In this document: one piece after another, positions 7,309 through 16,604 of the stretch
How positions within the stretch are numbered: position 1 is the stretch's first letter
How the letters are laid out: each line of letters starts with the position of its first letter
NCBI GenBank assembly: GCA_041572575.1
Contig: JBFFSH010000047.1
Span: 1 to 19,341, forward strand
Length of the DNA: 19,341 bases
Source of the DNA: Thermodesulfobacteriota bacterium
GTDB taxonomy: Bacteria > Desulfobacterota_D > UBA1144 > Nemesobacterales > N074bin48
Reading direction: 5' to 3'
Notes under the pieces: generated by a model
Told to the model about the DNA's origin: nothing
The model's input: the letters and a program-made list of their open reading frames with translations, nothing else
Database searches by the model: none
Position numbers and translations under genes: made by a program

Positions 7309-9489
7309 CTAAAGCGTACTTATTTTTTTAAGTAGATCTCTCACTTCTTTATAAGAATGGATTTTATATGAGGCTTTTGATGCCCCAAACCCTATTTTTA
7401 TAGAATAAGCATCCCTGGGTAGTACTTCAAATACATCTTCATCTGTCCAGTCATCTCCAACAGATAAAATAAAATCCCAACTATTTGAATCCAACCATTT
7501 TCTCACAGCCCTTCCCTTATTGATGCCGGTATTCTTTATTTCAACAACCTTGTTGCCCTCAAGTACCCCCAAATTCAGATTAGCTATGGCATGAATTAGA
7601 ATATATTTCAGCTCCCCTACCCTAATGTTTGCTAGTGATGGATCAACTTTTCTGTAGTGCCATACGAGTGAAAATTCTTTTTCTTCAAGAAGTGATCCCG
7701 GAGTCCTGTCCACAAACATCTCTACAATAGATCTTATTTCATCCTTCCAGCTATTATCGAGTTTTTCAATAGTACTCCAGCTTCCATTTTTTATCCAAAC
7801 CCCATGCTCTGCTACCATTCCGTGAGTGAGATTACCAAGCCAGGATTGCAATGTGCCTCTGTCCCTTCCGCTTACAATTACAACAGTGTTTCTTTTATCA
7901 TTCTTGAGATTTGATAGTATTTGTATCACTTCTTTATCCGGGCTTACATTTGCCGGATTCTCATTAAACGGCATGAGTGTGCCATCATAGTCTAAAAGCA
8001 ACAGCCTCTTTGATGCCTTTTTATAATCATTTATAAGACTATTCTTACCATTGCCCGCTAGCACCTTGGATTCAATTTGTTTCTGTACATCTTTAATCTG
8101 ACTTAGTCTATCCATAAAGTCATTTGTCCATTTCTTAATATCATATCTTTTAAGTCTTTTCTGCATTGATTTCATTCTTGCAGTTTTATCATTTATATGC
8201 ATTTCCAAAGCTTTTTTGAGCGCATTTGAAGTTTTCTCAATATCATTAGGGTTAATAATAATGGCTTCTCCCAATTCCTTAGCAGTACCTGCCATTTCTC
8301 CCAGGATCAAAACCCCATTACCATCATTTTTCGTTGCAACATATTCCTTTGCAACAAGGTTCATGCCATCTCTTATTGGTGTAATGTACAAAATATCCGC
8401 AATAGAATAGAGAGCTATGAGATCGTCAAATTCAAATGACCTATATAGATACCAAATAGGTGTCCATCCTATGGAACCATGTTTTCCATTAATTTTACCG
8501 GTAAGATATTCAACATTTTCTTTTAATTTTTTATAATGCTCCACCTCTGTTCTTGACGGAACGGCTACAACAATAAATATTACTTTTTGCTTATATCCGG
8601 GATTATTATCCAGGAAATGCTCTATTGCCTGCAACCTGTTTGGTATACCCTTAGTATAATCCAGTCTATCAATTGATAGTATTACTTTATAATCTCCGCC
8701 AATTTCCTTTTTTAACTTAGATATCTTTTCTTTGACTACCGGTTCTGATGGGGATTTCGAAAATTTATTATAGTCTATACCCATAGGAAAAGTATCAACC
8801 CGCACTGCCCTGCTCCCAAGAGTGAACTGTCCAAGTGTGTGTTCTATCCCTACTATTCTTCTAACACTTTCGGCAAAGTGTCTAACATAATCAAACGTGT
8901 GAAATCCTATAACATCTGATCCAAGCAGACCATCGATAATCTCCCTGCACCATGGAATAAGCCTGAAGATCTCAGAAGAAGGAAACGGTATATGAAGGAA
9001 AAATCCAATTCTTGCATCAGGAAGTTTCTGTCTTATCATATTGGGTAGAAGCAGCAGGTGGTAGTCATGAATCCATATTATGGAATCGTGCCGGGCTTCT
9101 TTTAATACTGCATCACAAAATTTTTGATTTACGCTTCTGTATGTATCCCAAAATGTTTTCTCATAAATTGCATATTGGACAAAATAGTGAAATAGCGGCC
9201 ATATCGTCTCATTGCAAAAACCTTCATAGTATTCTTTGATTTGTTTACTGTTAAGTGATACAGGCCTGTAATCATATTGTTTTAATAGTTCTTTTATCTC
9301 ATCATTCTCTGATTTATTGCGTTTATCTAAAACACCGGGCCAGCCAATCCACACTTTTTCAGACATTTTTTCAAATGTACTAAGTGCTGTGACAAGACCG
9401 CCGCCGCTTGCGATGGCTTCGAGTTCATTGTTTTGATCTCTTTTTATTGTTACAGGAAGCCTGTTGGATACAAAAATTATTTTATTCAT
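7309..9489 (-). CDS. Bifunctional trehalose-6-phosphate synthase/phosphatase (OtsA-OtsB fusion)
   Basis: GT20 motifs VSNRLP, GGLVTAL, WPLFHY, WIHDYHL, FFLHIPFP, DRLDYTKG and DGMNLVAKEY. C-terminal HAD motifs DYDGTL, SGR, AEHG and GDDWTDED. Confidence 0.95.
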   Translation of the reverse strand: MNKIIFVSNRLPVTIKRDQNNELEAIASGGGLVTALSTFEKMSEKVWIGWPGVLDKRNKSENDEIKELLKQYDYRPVSLNSKQIKEYYEGFCNETIWPLFHYFVQYAIYEKTFWDTYRSVNQKFCDAVLKEARHDSIIWIHDYHLLLLPNMIRQKLPDARIGFFLHIPFPSSEIFRLIPWCREIIDGLLGSDVIGFHTFDYVRHFAESVRRIVGIEHTLGQFTLGSRAVRVDTFPMGIDYNKFSKSPSEPVVKEKISKLKKEIGGDYKVILSIDRLDYTKGIPNRLQAIEHFLDNNPGYKQKVIFIVVAVPSRTEVEHYKKLKENVEYLTGKINGKHGSIGWTPIWYLYRSFEFDDLIALYSIADILYITPIRDGMNLVAKEYVATKNDGNGVLILGEMAGTAKELGEAIIINPNDIEKTSNALKKALEMHINDKTARMKSMQKRLKRYDIKKWTNDFMDRLSQIKDVQKQIESKVLAGNGKNSLINDYKKASKRLLLLDYDGTLMPFNENPANVSPDKEVIQILSNLKNDKRNTVVIVSGRDRGTLQSWLGNLTHGMVAEHGVWIKNGSWSTIEKLDNSWKDEIRSIVEMFVDRTPGSLLEEKEFSLVWHYRKVDPSLANIRVGELKYILIHAIANLNLGVLEGNKVVEIKNTGINKGRAVRKWLDSNSWDFILSVGDDWTDEDVFEVLPRDAYSIKIGFGASKASYKIHSYKEVRDLLKKISTL

Positions 9490-9631
9490 TGCATATTTTT
9501 AATAAATCGATATTTTATAACATGTATATATAATAAGATTATATCAGATGCATTTTGGGAAAGTGAATAATTTATTAATAAACATCTATTTAAGATATTA
9601 TATATGTAAGTCTATGAAATTAAACTAATAT

Positions 9632-10174
9632 ATGAAATATATCCCTAAAATACTGCAAATATCCACATTTTTACTCATAGGATGTTTTATAGCTATACTA
9701 GCTATTTCTATTCTCGGTAACAAAGATAATAAACCCCGAATATCTCCGTTGATTGGTAAAAACTTTCCAAACCATGATATAGAGCTTTTTAGTGGAGATA
9801 AAATTAATATAGATAAATTAAAGGGAAATACTTTACTCATAAATTTTTGGGCATCTTGGTGCAATCCATGTAAAGAAGAATTTCCAGCCTTAGAAGCTTC
9901 GTGGTTAAAGCATAAGAACAACAACGTTATATTCCTTGGTATAAATATTTTAGATGACAAGGATCAAGCTGAGCATTATCTCCAACAATATAAGAGTAAC
10001 TATCCAAATGGTGTTGATATAGACGGAAATATTGCAGTAGATTTAGGCATTGGCGGAGTGCCCGAAACATTTTTTGTTAATGATAAAGGTATTATAGTAG
10101 AAAAATATGTAGGACCACTAACTGAAGAAATAATAGATTTCTATATTAACAAAACAAAGTTATCAAATGGCTAA
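9632..10174 (+). CDS. TlpA/CcmG(DsbE)-like membrane-anchored thioredoxin
   Basis: N-terminal TM anchor, INFWASWCNPCKEE and GVPETFFV (CcmG-like). Overlaps the downstream ccmH. Confidence 0.88.
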   Translation: MKYIPKILQISTFLLIGCFIAILAISILGNKDNKPRISPLIGKNFPNHDIELFSGDKINIDKLKGNTLLINFWASWCNPCKEEFPALEASWLKHKNNNVIFLGINILDDKDQAEHYLQQYKSNYPNGVDIDGNIAVDLGIGGVPETFFVNDKGIIVEKYVGPLTEEIIDFYINKTKLSNG

Positions 10175-10655
10175 ACAATTAAAAATTAACAATTTACTAA
10201 AATCAACATGTATTTTGATCATACTATTTCTATTTAGTTATACTGCAATTGCATATTCTCAACAAGCAGATGATATAGATAACCAGATAAGAGAAATCTC
10301 TAATCACCTGATGTGTCCAGTTTGCAGCGGACAGTCTGTGTCAGAATCAAATGCTCAGCTTGCAAAAGATATGAGACTTACTATCAGGCAACAACTAGAA
10401 GATGGAAAATCTAAGGAACAGATTCTTGCTTATTTTGTTGAAAGATATGGAGAGAACATCCTTTCCAGCCCTCCTGCTAAGGGATTTAATATACTCATAT
10501 GGATTTTACCCATAGCTGGAATAATAATTATTGGTTTTATTTTAGGCAATTATCTGTATAAATCAAAGAAAGATAAAAGTAATCAGGTTAAAGAAGGTTA
10601 TGATGATTCAAAATTTAAAAATATTGAAGATGAGCTAAAAGACTTTGATGCTTAA
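10167..10655 (+). CDS. ccmH: Cytochrome c-type biogenesis protein CcmH (short form, no TPR)
   Basis: LMCPVCSGQSVSESNAQLAKDMR, YFVERYGENIL..PP and WILP followed by a TM helix. Confidence 0.9.
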   Translation: MAKQLKINNLLKSTCILIILFLFSYTAIAYSQQADDIDNQIREISNHLMCPVCSGQSVSESNAQLAKDMRLTIRQQLEDGKSKEQILAYFVERYGENILSSPPAKGFNILIWILPIAGIIIIGFILGNYLYKSKKDKSNQVKEGYDDSKFKNIEDELKDFDA

Positions 10656-10885
10656 TTTTCAAGCTGAGTTTTTAAAAATTCCTTTAATCTCGATCTTATT
10701 TCGGGAGTAACAAAAGTTTTTTCTTTTAATTTACCGGAAAGCTCCAGCATTTTCTTATAAGTATTGGCAAACGATTTACATTCCGGACACTCGCCCAAAT
10801 GCCCCTCAAGGGCTTCTAATGTATTATAGTCTAATTCAGAATCAATATAGCCCATAATATTTTCGACTACATCTTTACACATCAT
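10652..10885 (-). CDS. Small zf-HC2 (ZAS anti-sigma-type) zinc-finger protein
   Basis: MxC...YIDSELD...HLGECPEC (Cys + HxxxCxxC); 77 aa with no TM segment. Its stop shares TTAA with the ccmH stop. Confidence 0.85.
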   Translation of the reverse strand: MMCKDVVENIMGYIDSELDYNTLEALEGHLGECPECKSFANTYKKMLELSGKLKEKTFVTPEIRSRLKEFLKTQLEN

Positions 10886-10977
10886 ATATAATCTTTCTCT
10901 CCTGGCATATAGCAGTTTCTTTTCGTTCTTATTAAAATTAGATGTATCATATTACATTAAGACTCAAATTATTTAAA

Positions 10978-11862
10978 TTAACATAAATATTTTTTATTTA
11001 ATTTATAATTATATACCTGTTTTTTATTGTAACTAGACCTTGTATGATTTCTGGATTTGATTTCTACCAAGCTACTACCACAATTTAGACTTATTATAAA
11101 TGATTCAGAATCTTTAAATCCCATCAATTCACGCCTGATTGATGAAATATTAAGAAATTTTGTGTTCTTAAACTTTTTATTGGATGTGAAATTGCTAACA
11201 ATAGAATGAGGAATATGAAGGTGACCTGATAGCCATAGATCAACCCCATTTGATTTAAGCATCTTAGTAAATCTATTGGAATCTATAATATTTCGCCTGT
11301 TAAATGATGAAAATGTAATGCCGCTTCCCTTTAGAGGAGCATGTGTTATTACAAATATTATTTTGTCCTGATTATTTATTACAAGCTTTTTCCACCAGTT
11401 AAAGGTCTCATTAGATATATCACTTGCAGAACTCCTCTTTTCATCAGACATAAATATCATGAGAAGATTATTTTTGGTAACTGTATAATTAAGTTGACTA
11501 TTTAATTTCTTTTTATAAAGAACACCCTCATCAGGCTTAAGGTCGTGGTTGCCAGCAATCTCATACCACTCTTTTATATAAGATTTATTTTTAGCATCTA
11601 TATACCAGTCAAAACTATCTTCAGTTGTCATGTCTACAATATCTCCAGCAACAACCGTAAAATCAATATCGGCAATATTTTTATTTATTTCCTTAACTGC
11701 ATTTTCAAAATCTTTTCTTTCTTTTTTATTTCTGGGCTGTATGTCTGACAGAAACCATATCTTAAGTTCCTTATCAGGATTATCTTCACTCGTATTTCCA
11801 AGGGCGCATATTGTGAAACAAGAAAAGAATAGGGTAAATATTGCAAGCAGTTTGAATTTCAT
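10978..11862 (-). CDS. Secreted calcineurin-like metallophosphoesterase
   Basis: Signal-peptide-like N-terminus and the motifs SDIQ, GDIVD, GNHD, THAP and SGHLH. Confidence 0.85.
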   Translation of the reverse strand: MKFKLLAIFTLFFSCFTICALGNTSEDNPDKELKIWFLSDIQPRNKKERKDFENAVKEINKNIADIDFTVVAGDIVDMTTEDSFDWYIDAKNKSYIKEWYEIAGNHDLKPDEGVLYKKKLNSQLNYTVTKNNLLMIFMSDEKRSSASDISNETFNWWKKLVINNQDKIIFVITHAPLKGSGITFSSFNRRNIIDSNRFTKMLKSNGVDLWLSGHLHIPHSIVSNFTSNKKFKNTKFLNISSIRRELMGFKDSESFIISLNCGSSLVEIKSRNHTRSSYNKKQVYNYKLNKKYLC

Positions 11863-11891
11863 TTGAAAATATTTTAATAACTATAAATTTA

Positions 11892-13184
11892 TTAGTGAGC
11901 ATATTTTGATGCAATAAGAATATCGTCCTTCAAGCCAGATACCCTTACATCAATAAGTTCACCTTTAGTATAGTTATCTTTAACCAGCCTAACTGTAATA
12001 TAGTTACGCGTAGTTCCTTTTGAATTGTTTTCCACAAGTACTTCAAGCTCTTTACCAACAAATCCGGAGTTAAATTCAATTTTCTTCTTCATACCAAGTT
12101 CTCTTAGTATTCTGCTGCGCTCTTTTATAACATCCGGCGCAATCTGATCATTCATCGAAGCTGCTTTTGTACCCTTTCGTTTCGAATATGAAAAAACGTG
12201 AAAATATGTAAGTTCCGATTTGTTGAGCAAATGATATGAATTTTCAAACTGTTTTTGAGATTCACCCGGAAAGCCAACCATTATATCAGTACCTATACTT
12301 GCCTCAGGCATCGTACTTCTGATATTGCTTGCTAATTCTAGAAATTGCTCAGGCTTATAGCGTCTTCTCATTTCTTTCAATATCTTCTCATCACCACTTT
12401 GCAAAGAAATATGAAAGCTTGGGCATACCGTCTCAGACTCAGATAGAAATTTTATGAAATTTTCATTTATATCCGCTGGGTCTAAGGAGCTTAGTCTTAT
12501 TCTGTTTAATATTTTTTCTTCTTCTATTCTTTTTAGTAGCGTAAGCAATTCACAACCTATGTCCCTGCCATAACTCGCAAGATGAATTCCTGTCAGTACG
12601 ATCTCTTTATAACCTGATTCCCTTAAAAGCCTAATACGACCTAGCACATCATCTATATCAAGGCTTCTCGATCTGCCCCTTGCGTAAGGGATAATACAGA
12701 ATGTACAAGCATAGTTGCACCCATCCTGCACTTTTAAGAATGCTCTTGTCCGGTCGGGGAAAAAATCAATATCAGGTGTTTCAAACTTTCGCTTTTTCTC
12801 TTTAAATATATCGCTTATGAAAACCTTTGGTGTGTCCTGAACAGATCCTTCTCTTACTATTTTCATAAGAGATGAAAATTTATCGGAATTTCCAACTACA
12901 TAGTCAACACCCTTTAACTGACTTATTTCATCTGCAGAAACCTGTGCATAGCAACCTGTAACTACCACTACCCCACTTGGATTTATTCTTTTAGCCCTGT
13001 TGATATAGTGCCGGGCCTCTGCATCTGCTTTATGGGTAACCGTACAGGTATCAATAACATAAACGTCGGCTTTTTGAGGAAATGGTACAGTAGTATATTT
13101 ACTCTTGGGAAGCTTGTTTTTAAGAACCGCAGTATCGTACTGGTTTACCTTACAGCCAAGTGTTACAAAAGAGATGCTCTTCAT
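11892..13184 (-). CDS. mtaB: tRNA t6A37 methylthiotransferase MtaB
   Basis: TLGCKVNQYD, DTCTVT, TGCYAQ, RTRAFLKVQDGCNYACTFCIIP and HISLQSG, with a short TRAM-like C-terminus. The ATG at 13184 overlaps the mnmA stop (TGATG); the ORF track starts one codon earlier at a TTG. Confidence 0.9.
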   Translation of the reverse strand: MKSISFVTLGCKVNQYDTAVLKNKLPKSKYTTVPFPQKADVYVIDTCTVTHKADAEARHYINRAKRINPSGVVVVTGCYAQVSADEISQLKGVDYVVGNSDKFSSLMKIVREGSVQDTPKVFISDIFKEKKRKFETPDIDFFPDRTRAFLKVQDGCNYACTFCIIPYARGRSRSLDIDDVLGRIRLLRESGYKEIVLTGIHLASYGRDIGCELLTLLKRIEEEKILNRIRLSSLDPADINENFIKFLSESETVCPSFHISLQSGDEKILKEMRRRYKPEQFLELASNIRSTMPEASIGTDIMVGFPGESQKQFENSYHLLNKSELTYFHVFSYSKRKGTKAASMNDQIAPDVIKERSRILRELGMKKKIEFNSGFVGKELEVLVENNSKGTTRNYITVRLVKDNYTKGELIDVRVSGLKDDILIASKYAH

Positions 13185-14251
13185 CAATGAAGCACCTCAT
13201 TTATCCATCCTCCGCCTATAACCTTATCATCGTTATAAAACACAATAGCCTGCCCGGGTGTAATAGCTCTCTGTGGCTCATGGAAATTGACTATTGCTTC
13301 ATCTTTATTGTTAATAACCAAATTAGCAATATTTTCCTTATGCCTGTATCTTATCTTGGCATTAACCTCAAACTCTGAATCCGATACTTGGCATACCCAG
13401 CTAAGTCCGTTTACAATTAATGTCTTGCTATAAATATCCTCTTCATCACCGATTACTACTTTATTATTCTTTGTATCAATCCTAACTACATACTGAGGCT
13501 TGCCATTAGCATAACCAAGTCCTCTCCTCTGACCGATCGTATATGAGAATATTCCCTCGTGCTTACCGATTATATTTCCACTAGTATCTACCATATCTCC
13601 TTCAGTGTTAGATGCTTCGGTGTGATCCTTCAAAAAATCCTTATAGCTGCTTCCTGTGATGAAGCACAGGTTTTGACTCTCTGGTTTCTTGGCAACTTTT
13701 AGTCCAAACCCCTCTGCTATACTACGAACCTCTTCTTTTGTTTTATCACCAAGTGGGAAAAGTACTCTCGATAGCTCCTTTTGCTTTAGTGTAAAAAGAA
13801 AATATGACTGATCCTTATTAGAATCTACTGCCTTCTGAAGTCTGTAGTTTCCAAGATCATCCTTTTCTATTCTTGCATAATGTCCTGTAGCAAGATAGTC
13901 GGCATCAAGCTCTAAAGAACGCTTTAAGAGAAAATCAAATTTCATGTATTCATTACAAAGTACGCAGGGTGACGGGGTTTTGCCGTCCATATACTTATTT
14001 ATAAAATCAGAAAGGATAAATTCCTTAAATTTATCCATATAGTTTACAACATAGTGAGGAATACCTACCTGATCTGCTACTCTTCTTGCATCACGAACCT
14101 CATCCACTGAGCAGCACCCTCCCTCTGCATCTCCATAATCCCAGAGCTGCATTGTGACTCCTATGACCTCATGCCCCTCGCTCTTTAAAAGGGCTGCCGT
14201 TGTGGCACTATCTACTCCACCACTCATAGCAACCATTATTCTCTTTTTCAT
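13184..14251 (-). CDS. mnmA: tRNA-specific 2-thiouridylase MnmA
   Basis: VAMSGGVDS PP-loop, GGCC, TPSPCVLCN, ATGHY, KDQSYFL, YTIGQRRGL and ITPGQ. The likely start is MKKRIMVAMSGG at 14251, not the TTG at 14290. Confidence 0.95.
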   Translation of the reverse strand: MKKRIMVAMSGGVDSATTAALLKSEGHEVIGVTMQLWDYGDAEGGCCSVDEVRDARRVADQVGIPHYVVNYMDKFKEFILSDFINKYMDGKTPSPCVLCNEYMKFDFLLKRSLELDADYLATGHYARIEKDDLGNYRLQKAVDSNKDQSYFLFTLKQKELSRVLFPLGDKTKEEVRSIAEGFGLKVAKKPESQNLCFITGSSYKDFLKDHTEASNTEGDMVDTSGNIIGKHEGIFSYTIGQRRGLGYANGKPQYVVRIDTKNNKVVIGDEEDIYSKTLIVNGLSWVCQVSDSEFEVNAKIRYRHKENIANLVINNKDEAIVNFHEPQRAITPGQAIVFYNDDKVIGGGWINEVLH

Positions 14252-14333
14252 AACCGGAGGAAATGTTACCAGAGATTGTATTATAAACAATAATTACTAA
14301 CAATATTGGTAAGTTATAAACCAGAATTTATTA

Positions 14334-15305
14334 TTAAAGTTCTCTGCCCTTCCCTGAATCCGTGATGTTCATTAGCTCTTCAGGATAAGGACTGAAGAAT
14401 GTTTGCTCCATAAGATATTCCTGTTCATATTTTATGACCCATGATCTAAGAAGAGTGATTATACTGCTTACAGGCAATTTATCATTTCTATACTTTTGCA
14501 AACTTTCCAAAAAGAAGGATTTCTCTTTTGAATTCAGGTTTTTTGAAAAATAACCGAATACGTGCATAAACATGTTAATATTTGAGCTTTTTCTTGTGGG
14601 ATTTTTTAGTGCCGTCTTTAATGTCCTCTCATAACTTTCATATATTTGATCTATATTGCTCTTATCATAACTTCCAATAACCTTACCAAGCTCTCTCATT
14701 TTGGTCTGGTTGTAAGACATAAGAATATACTTGTTTATGGTATGATAATTTATAAGCGCCTGAATAGTTTTTTTCTTCTTTAGTTTTCTAAATTCAGCAA
14801 GCATATACAGTTTAGTCAGAAAATGTTCCCTTATCCTGTAATTCGTAAGCCTTCCTTCATCTTCAATGGCAAGACCATCAAATCTGTTCAATACTTCCCT
14901 TGCAAAAAAACCTGTTGTATTCCCTATCTTGGGACCTTTTTCCATACTATCAGATAACTTCACATCCTTTATACCACAAGATGGAGACCTGCTTTTTAAT
15001 ATAAATCCATCAACTTCCTCAATAGAAGCATTATAGTTTTTTGCAAAATTACTCATGGGTTTGGAAAAGTCTTTCCCTGTAGAGGGCTGCATGAGACTCT
15101 CCTTGTCATTTTTTAAAACTATCTTAATCGGATCGCGCGGGACACCCATACCAATCTCTACTTCGGGACACACTGGCTTATATATAACAAATGCTTCAAG
15201 CTGCTTTACAAAGCTATTAGGAATAAGCTCTCCGTTATATCTGCAGGCTTTATACTCAAGACAGTTGCTTAAAACTACAATTGGTTTAATTCTTTTTTCA
15301 GTCAT
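14334..15305 (-). CDS. DUF523 (TudS thiouracil desulfidase) - DUF1722 (YbgA) fusion, RudS-like
   Basis: TudS Fe-S motifs SNCL...RYNG, VCPEVEIGMGVPR and LKSRSPSCG, then IEDEGRL..RE.F. DUF1722 motifs H..NKY.LM, N...H.FGYF and FFSPYP. Confidence 0.88.
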   Translation of the reverse strand: MTEKRIKPIVVLSNCLEYKACRYNGELIPNSFVKQLEAFVIYKPVCPEVEIGMGVPRDPIKIVLKNDKESLMQPSTGKDFSKPMSNFAKNYNASIEEVDGFILKSRSPSCGIKDVKLSDSMEKGPKIGNTTGFFAREVLNRFDGLAIEDEGRLTNYRIREHFLTKLYMLAEFRKLKKKKTIQALINYHTINKYILMSYNQTKMRELGKVIGSYDKSNIDQIYESYERTLKTALKNPTRKSSNINMFMHVFGYFSKNLNSKEKSFFLESLQKYRNDKLPVSSIITLLRSWVIKYEQEYLMEQTFFSPYPEELMNITDSGKGREL

Positions 15306-15377
15306 ATTTATAATGATTTATTTAATTTAATTATAGCCCCTACAATAATGCTGTAAAAATAATATAAGGACAATTTT

Positions 15378-16586
15378 ATGGATACTCTTAATATTAGTTT
15401 TAGAAATAGAAACAATTTTGAACTTTCGGCAAGAATGGATATGCCGGTTGGAAAACCAAAAGCGTACGCAATATTTGCTCACTGCTTTAGTTGTTCAAAA
15501 AATATTAAAGCCGCTTATCATATAAGCCGCTCTCTGGCAGGAAAAGATATCGCAGTATTGAGATTTGATTTCACAGGACTTGGTGAGAGTGAGGGTGATT
15601 TTTCTGATACGAATTTTTCATCTAATGTAGAAGACATAATAGATGCTGCTAATTATTTATCCGAAAACTACGAGTCACCAAGTATTTTAGTAGGTCACTC
15701 CCTTGGGGGAACAGCTATCACAAAGGCAGCAGTATCTATTGAGAGCTCAAAAGCCGTAGTAACTATAGCTTCCCCTTTCGATCCTTCACACGTTGAAAAA
15801 ACTATTACAGGTGGTGCATCTGATAATAACGATCAAAATTATCAGATAACCCTGGGTGGAAAATCGTTTAATATCAAGAAACAATTTATTGATAATTTAA
15901 AACACTCAAGCATTGAAGATGATTTAAAAAGATTAAATAAAGCACTTCTTGTTATGCATTCACCATTTGATAATGTTGTGTCCATTGATAATGCATCGAA
16001 AATATTTCTTGCTGCAAAACACCCAAAAAGCTTTATATCACTGGATGATGCAGATCATTTACTATCTGATCAGAATGATTCCGTATATGTTGGAAAATTA
16101 ATATCAGAATGGGCCGGTAAATATATAAATTTATCAGGTAATAAAAATACTCAAGCAATAGATAATAAAGTAGTCGTTCAAACAGGTAGCGGCAATCTGA
16201 AAACTGATATTTTCGTAGGCAGACACTCTATGGTAGCAGATGAACCAAAATCAGTAGGAGGAACTGATCTGGGTCCTAACCCTTATGACTTTCTTCTGGC
16301 TTCTCTTGGTTCATGTACAACAATGACAATTAAGATGTATGCCAATAGAAAAGGCTGGAAACTGGATTCTGCAAAAGTAATTATGGATCACAAGAAAATA
16401 TATGACGAGGACTGTGGAGAATGTGAAACCAAAACAGGGAAAATAGACTATATCGACAGACAGCTCTATCTATATGGTGATCTTGATGAGGATCAGAGAA
16501 ACAGACTCTTGGAGATAGCTGACAGATGTCCTGTGCATAGAACCTTACATTCCGAAATAGTTGTTAAAACCAAATTATTAGACTAA
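15378..16586 (+). CDS. Bifunctional alpha/beta hydrolase - OsmC family protein
   Basis: FAHCFSC, RFDFTGLGESEG, the GHSLGG nucleophile elbow and ADHLL. OsmC domain: ADEP..GG.D.GP.P, LGSCT and RCPVHRTL. RBS AAGGA. Confidence 0.9.
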   Translation: MDTLNISFRNRNNFELSARMDMPVGKPKAYAIFAHCFSCSKNIKAAYHISRSLAGKDIAVLRFDFTGLGESEGDFSDTNFSSNVEDIIDAANYLSENYESPSILVGHSLGGTAITKAAVSIESSKAVVTIASPFDPSHVEKTITGGASDNNDQNYQITLGGKSFNIKKQFIDNLKHSSIEDDLKRLNKALLVMHSPFDNVVSIDNASKIFLAAKHPKSFISLDDADHLLSDQNDSVYVGKLISEWAGKYINLSGNKNTQAIDNKVVVQTGSGNLKTDIFVGRHSMVADEPKSVGGTDLGPNPYDFLLASLGSCTTMTIKMYANRKGWKLDSAKVIMDHKKIYDEDCGECETKTGKIDYIDRQLYLYGDLDEDQRNRLLEIADRCPVHRTLHSEIVVKTKLLD

Positions 16587-16604
16587 AATCCAGTTCCTCA
16601 TTTT

